Shown here in pieces: positions 58,949 to 64,000 of a stretch of DNA of 64,000 bases (position 1 is the stretch's first letter; the number at the start of each line of letters is the position of its first letter). The position numbers and the translations under genes are program-made. The notes below the pieces were generated by a model. The model saw only the letters and a program-made list of their open reading frames with translations. It made no database searches and was not told the DNA's origin. The DNA lies in contig CM022673.1 of assembly GCA_012295275.1 (NCBI GenBank), positions 18,104,001 to 18,168,000 on the forward strand. Reading direction: 5' to 3'. The DNA comes from Chrysomallon squamiferum. Taxonomy: Eukaryota; Animalia; Mollusca.

Positions 58949-60672
58949 ATAATAATAATAATAACAATAATAAAATTTACGATAAAAATAATATGTGTAA
59001 CAACATCCAATACTATTAGATAAAAGTCAGGTAACGAAATAAAAGAAAAGAAGAAAAAAAGAAAAGAAAAATGAATTATAATAAATATACAGCTGTTCAA
59101 GTCAAACAAATAACTACAAAAACTTTTGAACTATGTATGTAGCATGTTTTATCTAAGAGAAAGAACGTTGTAAGTTTCAGATAAACTATTTCTTACCTGG
59201 CGTTTCGGTTCATCCACTGTGAAAACGCCTTTCTGACATCTTGCAAACACTTCTCATTGAGTCCAACCGCGCTTAACACTATCATCTTTCTTCTGTACAG
59301 ACTGCAGTAAACATTTCAACTTCTTAGTTAACGTGGGTCATTGATGTGTGTGTGTGCGTGTGTGTGTGTGTGCGTGGATGTAAATACATATATGTTTCAT
59401 TCCTTTCCTATACAGCAAAATTTTGATCTCAGTAAATAAAAAATGAAAAGCACGAAACCAAATTTATTAAAAAACATATTATGAGCAGTATTATATATTA
59501 TTATTATTTTTGTTGTTGTTATTGTTATTATTATTATTAAATTATTGTTGTTGTTTTATTAGTATTACTATTAGTAGTAGTAGTAATAGTTGTTGTTGCT
59601 GCTGTCGTTGTTGTTGTTGTTGATGATACTGTTATTGTTAATATTATTAATATTTGTACTGTTATTGTTGTTGTTTTATTAGTATTATTATTAGTAGTTT
59701 GTACTTTTATTGTTGTTGTTATTGTTACTGTTGTTGATGATAATGTTATTGTTGTTATTATTACTGTTGTTGTTGTGGTTGTAGTTGTTGACACTGTTAT
59801 TTTTAACTTACATATTGATAGGTATTTCATGTTCAGGTATATCAAAGCCCAGGATGTCGTACTGATCTCGTGAAATGTCTCGAAGAAAAGCCTGGAGAAG
59901 AGTTTTTTAAAACGTACTTCAGTTTGCTTGTTCTCACATCAACGTACTTCATTAACTGACTTGTATTTTAACTGCTCTGCTGCATTACTGTAAATATCTT
60001 ACAATACTTTTAAAAATCTTAATGAACGTTTTCTTCAGAATGCTCCTTTTTATTTCAATATAATGGAGCAAAAATTAGTATTGCCTTTAAAAGAATAAAT
60101 AAATAAATAAAATACAGAAAACATGGAATAATTAAAAGTAAATAAATGGATAATTATATAATGATACTTGAAACATATTCAGTTTGTTCTTTTTTTTTTG
60201 CTTTTTTTTTTTTAAACGATGTGAGTACCGAATTTTTCTCTAGCAAAGAAAGTTTATAAATGGCTACCTTTATCGCACCAAACAAGTCTGAACTGTCAAA
60301 CGACCTGTGTAGTTCCACCAGGTAATTCCAAGCCGTCGCCCAAGGGAGATAATCGTTGTCATGTTTCAGAGAATTTAACGTCTGTAGTGCGATGCTAGAA
60401 TTCAACATGTCGCTGCTGAAATTGTTAAGAAAAAAAAGACGTCTTAATTGTCGTCGCGTTTGGAAGTTTATCTCTTAGACGTTATAAATGTAAAGAAATT
60501 ATCACCATCAAAACAACTGACTGAGTGGTTTATTCTTTTAATAGCGTTAATGTATAGATTGTGTTTCAAAGAAATCTAATCATGTCTAATCGTAATGTTA
60601 TCTACCTCATCATTTATTTATACCATTACAGCTAAGATTTGTTTGATTTAATCTAAAATTATTCTAATAATC

Positions 60673-60718
<46 letters not shown>

Positions 60719-61023
60719 TAAAAAATGAAATAAAATATTTGTTTTATTGTTTGTAAAGGATAAGTTTAAGTGTTTTGAAAAATATTTATATCTGTTATTA
60801 ACTGTTCGGCAAATTCTCTTTCGTACGACAGTTCGAATACCCTGAGTTATTAAAGTGCTAAGTTATGCGTACATTTGTAACGACAGTATCACTGTGGAAC
60901 GTACTTACTAAACCAGGTTCCACGCATCGTTTATTATTTGTGCTCTGTTAATGGGTGGAATTACCTAAACAGAAGAAAAAGTTACAAATCAAAAAAGAGT
61001 AACTAATAAAAGAAAATAATGAC

Positions 61024-61061
<38 letters not shown>

Positions 61062-61160
61062 TACTACTACTACTACTTGTGGATGCTGTCGATGTTGTTG
61101 TTGTTGTTGTTATTGTTCATCACCTTCCTCTTCTTTTTGTTATTGTTACTGCTGTTGTTG

Positions 61161-61192
<32 letters not shown>

Positions 61193-61640
61193 GTTGTTGT
61201 TGTTGTTGATGTTGGTGTTGTTGTTGTTGGTTTTGTTGTTGTTTCTGCTGTTCTCCTTTCTTCATCTTCTTCTTATGCTGCTGTTGTTGCTATGGATGTT
61301 GTTCTTGCTGTTGTCATTATTATTATTATTTGCAGTGCACTAAACAGGAGTAGTTGTACGTAGTATTACGCTGAACTTACCGAGATATTCGCACTGAGTT
61401 GATTGATCAGTGCCAGCCAGTTTCTCTCCTCGTAATTCACTCGGTAAAATCCGAAATGTTGCAAGTTTACGATCACCCAACCGTCTGGCTCGGTAGTTTC
61501 CGGAATAATTCGACTTGTGATGATTTCTTGAATACAAATGCAGAGTTTAATCTAATCCTTCGTGTCCTTTATATTTTATATGCGTTGAAATGTAAAATTA
61601 AAATGTTCAGATTATTAATAAATCGGAAAAAATAACATCA

Positions 61641-61737
<97 letters not shown>

Positions 61738-62997
61738 CCCCCACATATGCACACAAATATACTCACACACACATACAGATAAATACAAGTGTGTATGTAT
61801 ATGCTCTTCTGTATTCGAATGCTCTAGGGGTATGTATGTGTTTCTGTCTGTCTGTATATATGTATATTTGTATGTATCTGTTTATATGTCTGTATATATG
61901 TGCATATATCTGCGTGCATATTTGTGTATGTGTGTATGTGTGTATTTATGTGTATTTATGTGTGTGTGGATGTATGTTTGCATGAACGTATATGTGTATA
62001 TCTATGTTTGTATGTGTGTCTAAGTACATATTTGCATATGGGTGTTTGTATATGTGTGTGATGTGTATGTGTGTATTTGTATGAATTTAATAGGTGTGAG
62101 TGTATGTATATGTGTCTGTAGTTCTGTGTTTGTGTATAATATATTACTTACTACATACTTTCAGTTTCGAATTTAGTCATCCAGAAAATGTTCTCGTATT
62201 TCTGTGACTTTTTGAAATTTACTTCTCGACTGGACGTGAAAGTTATTGGAATCTGCCACACATATCTGAAACAAAAATATTTTCTTTAAAACTGCTTCTT
62301 TCTTCTTTGTCTACTTGTTTATTAAGTTGCGTTTTCGGTGTTTATTTTCAGTATTGTCTGTGTGGAAGAGAGAGTGAAGGAAAGACAGATAAAGGAAGGC
62401 AAAGGAGGAAATACATGCAGCAACACAAAAATGGAGGTTAAAACAGATTGAAAAAAAAGACAGACAAATAGGTAGATAGAGAGACAGATGTATAGACAGA
62501 TAGATAAATAGACGGAAGCAGAGAAAGAAAGAAAGAGAGAGAAGATAAAAGAGAAAAGAGAAAAAAAACGTGGGTAAAGAAAGCGATACCTGTCACGTGA
62601 CGTATTCAAAGCTTGGTCAGGTTTCGATGACAGAAATCTGTCCTGACGCACGTGCATTGTTCCGTTGTTTCCCACAGTGACGTGAAGTACTGGGTAATTC
62701 TTCTGATTTACCCACGTGTCCAGCACGTCCGTTATGTTGATGTCTCTACTCCTCAGTGACAACTCCTGTAAACAACAACAGCAACAACAACAACAACGAA
62801 TATTAATAAATACCAAGAAAGTATTGCACCGACAGCTAAATTTATTTACTTATTTAATAGATTGTTTGTTTGTGTGTTTGTTTATATTCCTACCTCATTA
62901 ATCACTGCAAATAAATCATCCTGATCAACATCACTGTACGCATATTTCTGTAGATATTTCTGAAAAAATATATAATGTTGATGATGATGATGATAAA

Positions 62998-63083
<86 letters not shown>

Positions 63084-63793
63084 AATAAATAATAACGAGA
63101 ATGCTTGAAATAATTTATAATTTTATAATTAAACATCATTTATAATCTTCAATATGACACGGTGATGATTACAATGATGATGAGGGCGATGATTTTATGA
63201 TGATAAGAGTGATGATGAATATGCTGATGGCAGTGATATAATGACTCTGACACTGATGATGATAGGGACGAAGATGATAAAAACGCGTGACGTACATTTA
63301 GTGCTGAAATAAGCAGGTCCTCTCCAATCAGACCACTCATCATTCTGATAATAGCTGATGCCTGAAATATAACAGTAAGAACATGCTCTTTAGTAAAATA
63401 AATATACTTACACACAAAGATAATACACACATACATACATACATACATATATACATACATACATGTATACATATATACATACATACATACGTACATACAT
63501 ACAAATATTATAGACAGACAGATAGATAGATAAAAAAATAAACAAAGAAACAAAGATATACAAAGTGATGTTTAAATTTTCTGGAGAGGTTTTACCTTAA
63601 CACACGTAATATTCAAACTACTGTTCAACACAAATTTATAAAACAACAAATTCCAAACCTTTCTGTACGTGATCGCATTGTAAGATGCATCTACGTCGGC
63701 AGCGCTGTTCACGTCATATGTGATAGCATGGGACATCTCCCTACTGTCCATAGCCATGGTAGGAAACACGTCATCAATGATCTCCAAGTCCCC
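54227..63793 (-). CDS. M1 family aminopeptidase (aminopeptidase N/ERAP-like), 3' part; 5' end lies beyond the window
   Basis: 14 phase-consistent exons: 63793-63659, 63361-63296, 62959-62894, 62765-62590, 62265-62159, 61526-61381, 60964-60909, 60415-60268, 59891-59812, 59301-59197, 58706-58539, 57123-56983, 56579-56504 and 54379-54227 (TGA). Motifs SHAI, ITYRK|ASAIIRMM, DTWVNQKNYP, WQIP, GFYRVNYE, NRAQIINDAW, DYLPW. Confidence 0.92.
54670..56300. repeat. Composite satellite (about 140-200 bp units, about 10 copies) containing (TAACCC)n telomeric-type tracts
   Basis: Recurrent core ccaacattaattcttaccctaacgctacttccaatcgtgaccctcaaattattttggacattatcataacactcgtaa, separated by variable ctaaccctaaccctaacc tracts; lies in the last intron of the aminopeptidase. 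Confidence 0.9.
57290..57718. repeat. 22 bp minisatellite with emerging 44 bp dimer
   Basis: Alternating tagttgtagtagtatatagaag and tagttgta(g/a)tacta(t/a)(a/t)cagaaa from about 57510; more degenerate to the left. Confidence 0.85.
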
Positions 63794-63909
63794 CTACAAC
63801 AACAACGACGTCATTAAACAAAATTATTTTTGTTTAAATCTGATACCAAAGATTGCTTTTATTGTCTCTTATACACACCCCACAATAATAATAATAATAA
63901 TAATAATAA

Positions 63910-63940
<31 letters not shown>

Positions 63941-64000
63941 AAGAAGAAGAAGAAGAAGAAGAAGAAGAAGAAGAAGAAGAAGAGGAGGAGGAAGAGGAGG

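Noticed and set aside
61340-61537. 65 aa ORF MYSRNHHK as a separate gene
   Set aside because: Alternative frame of the aminopeptidase exon 61526-61381.

Overview
AT-rich, microsatellite-dense animal genomic DNA with GT-AG spliced genes. The gene content suggests a mollusc, probably a gastropod (inference). It is not prokaryotic, and most ORFs in the supplied track are simple-repeat artefacts. Nine protein-coding loci were reconstructed by hand with phase-consistent exons: a small C4orf45/SPMIP2-like gene with an apparent frameshift (absent from the ORF track); an intronless zinc-finger gene with an Ikaros/Hunchback-type C-terminal finger pair; two tandem type-II-membrane, neurotactin-like carboxylesterases that keep an intact catalytic triad, separated by a decayed Penelope-like retroelement; a two-exon class A GPCR; a cathepsin L; two tandem secreted PAN/Apple-domain genes with an uncharacterised C-terminal domain; and the 3' 14 exons of an M1 aminopeptidase. 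Non-coding structure includes a 13 x 70 bp array carrying paired TCF/LEF-type motifs, RFX X-box clusters, three conserved-stem hairpins behind the zinc-finger gene, a telomere-repeat-containing satellite inside an intron, a duplicated splice acceptor, and SINE/MITE relics. No single clearly novel system can be proven from sequence alone. The best leads are the esterase pair with active-site divergence and asymmetric regulatory input, and the mosaic PAN gene pair.
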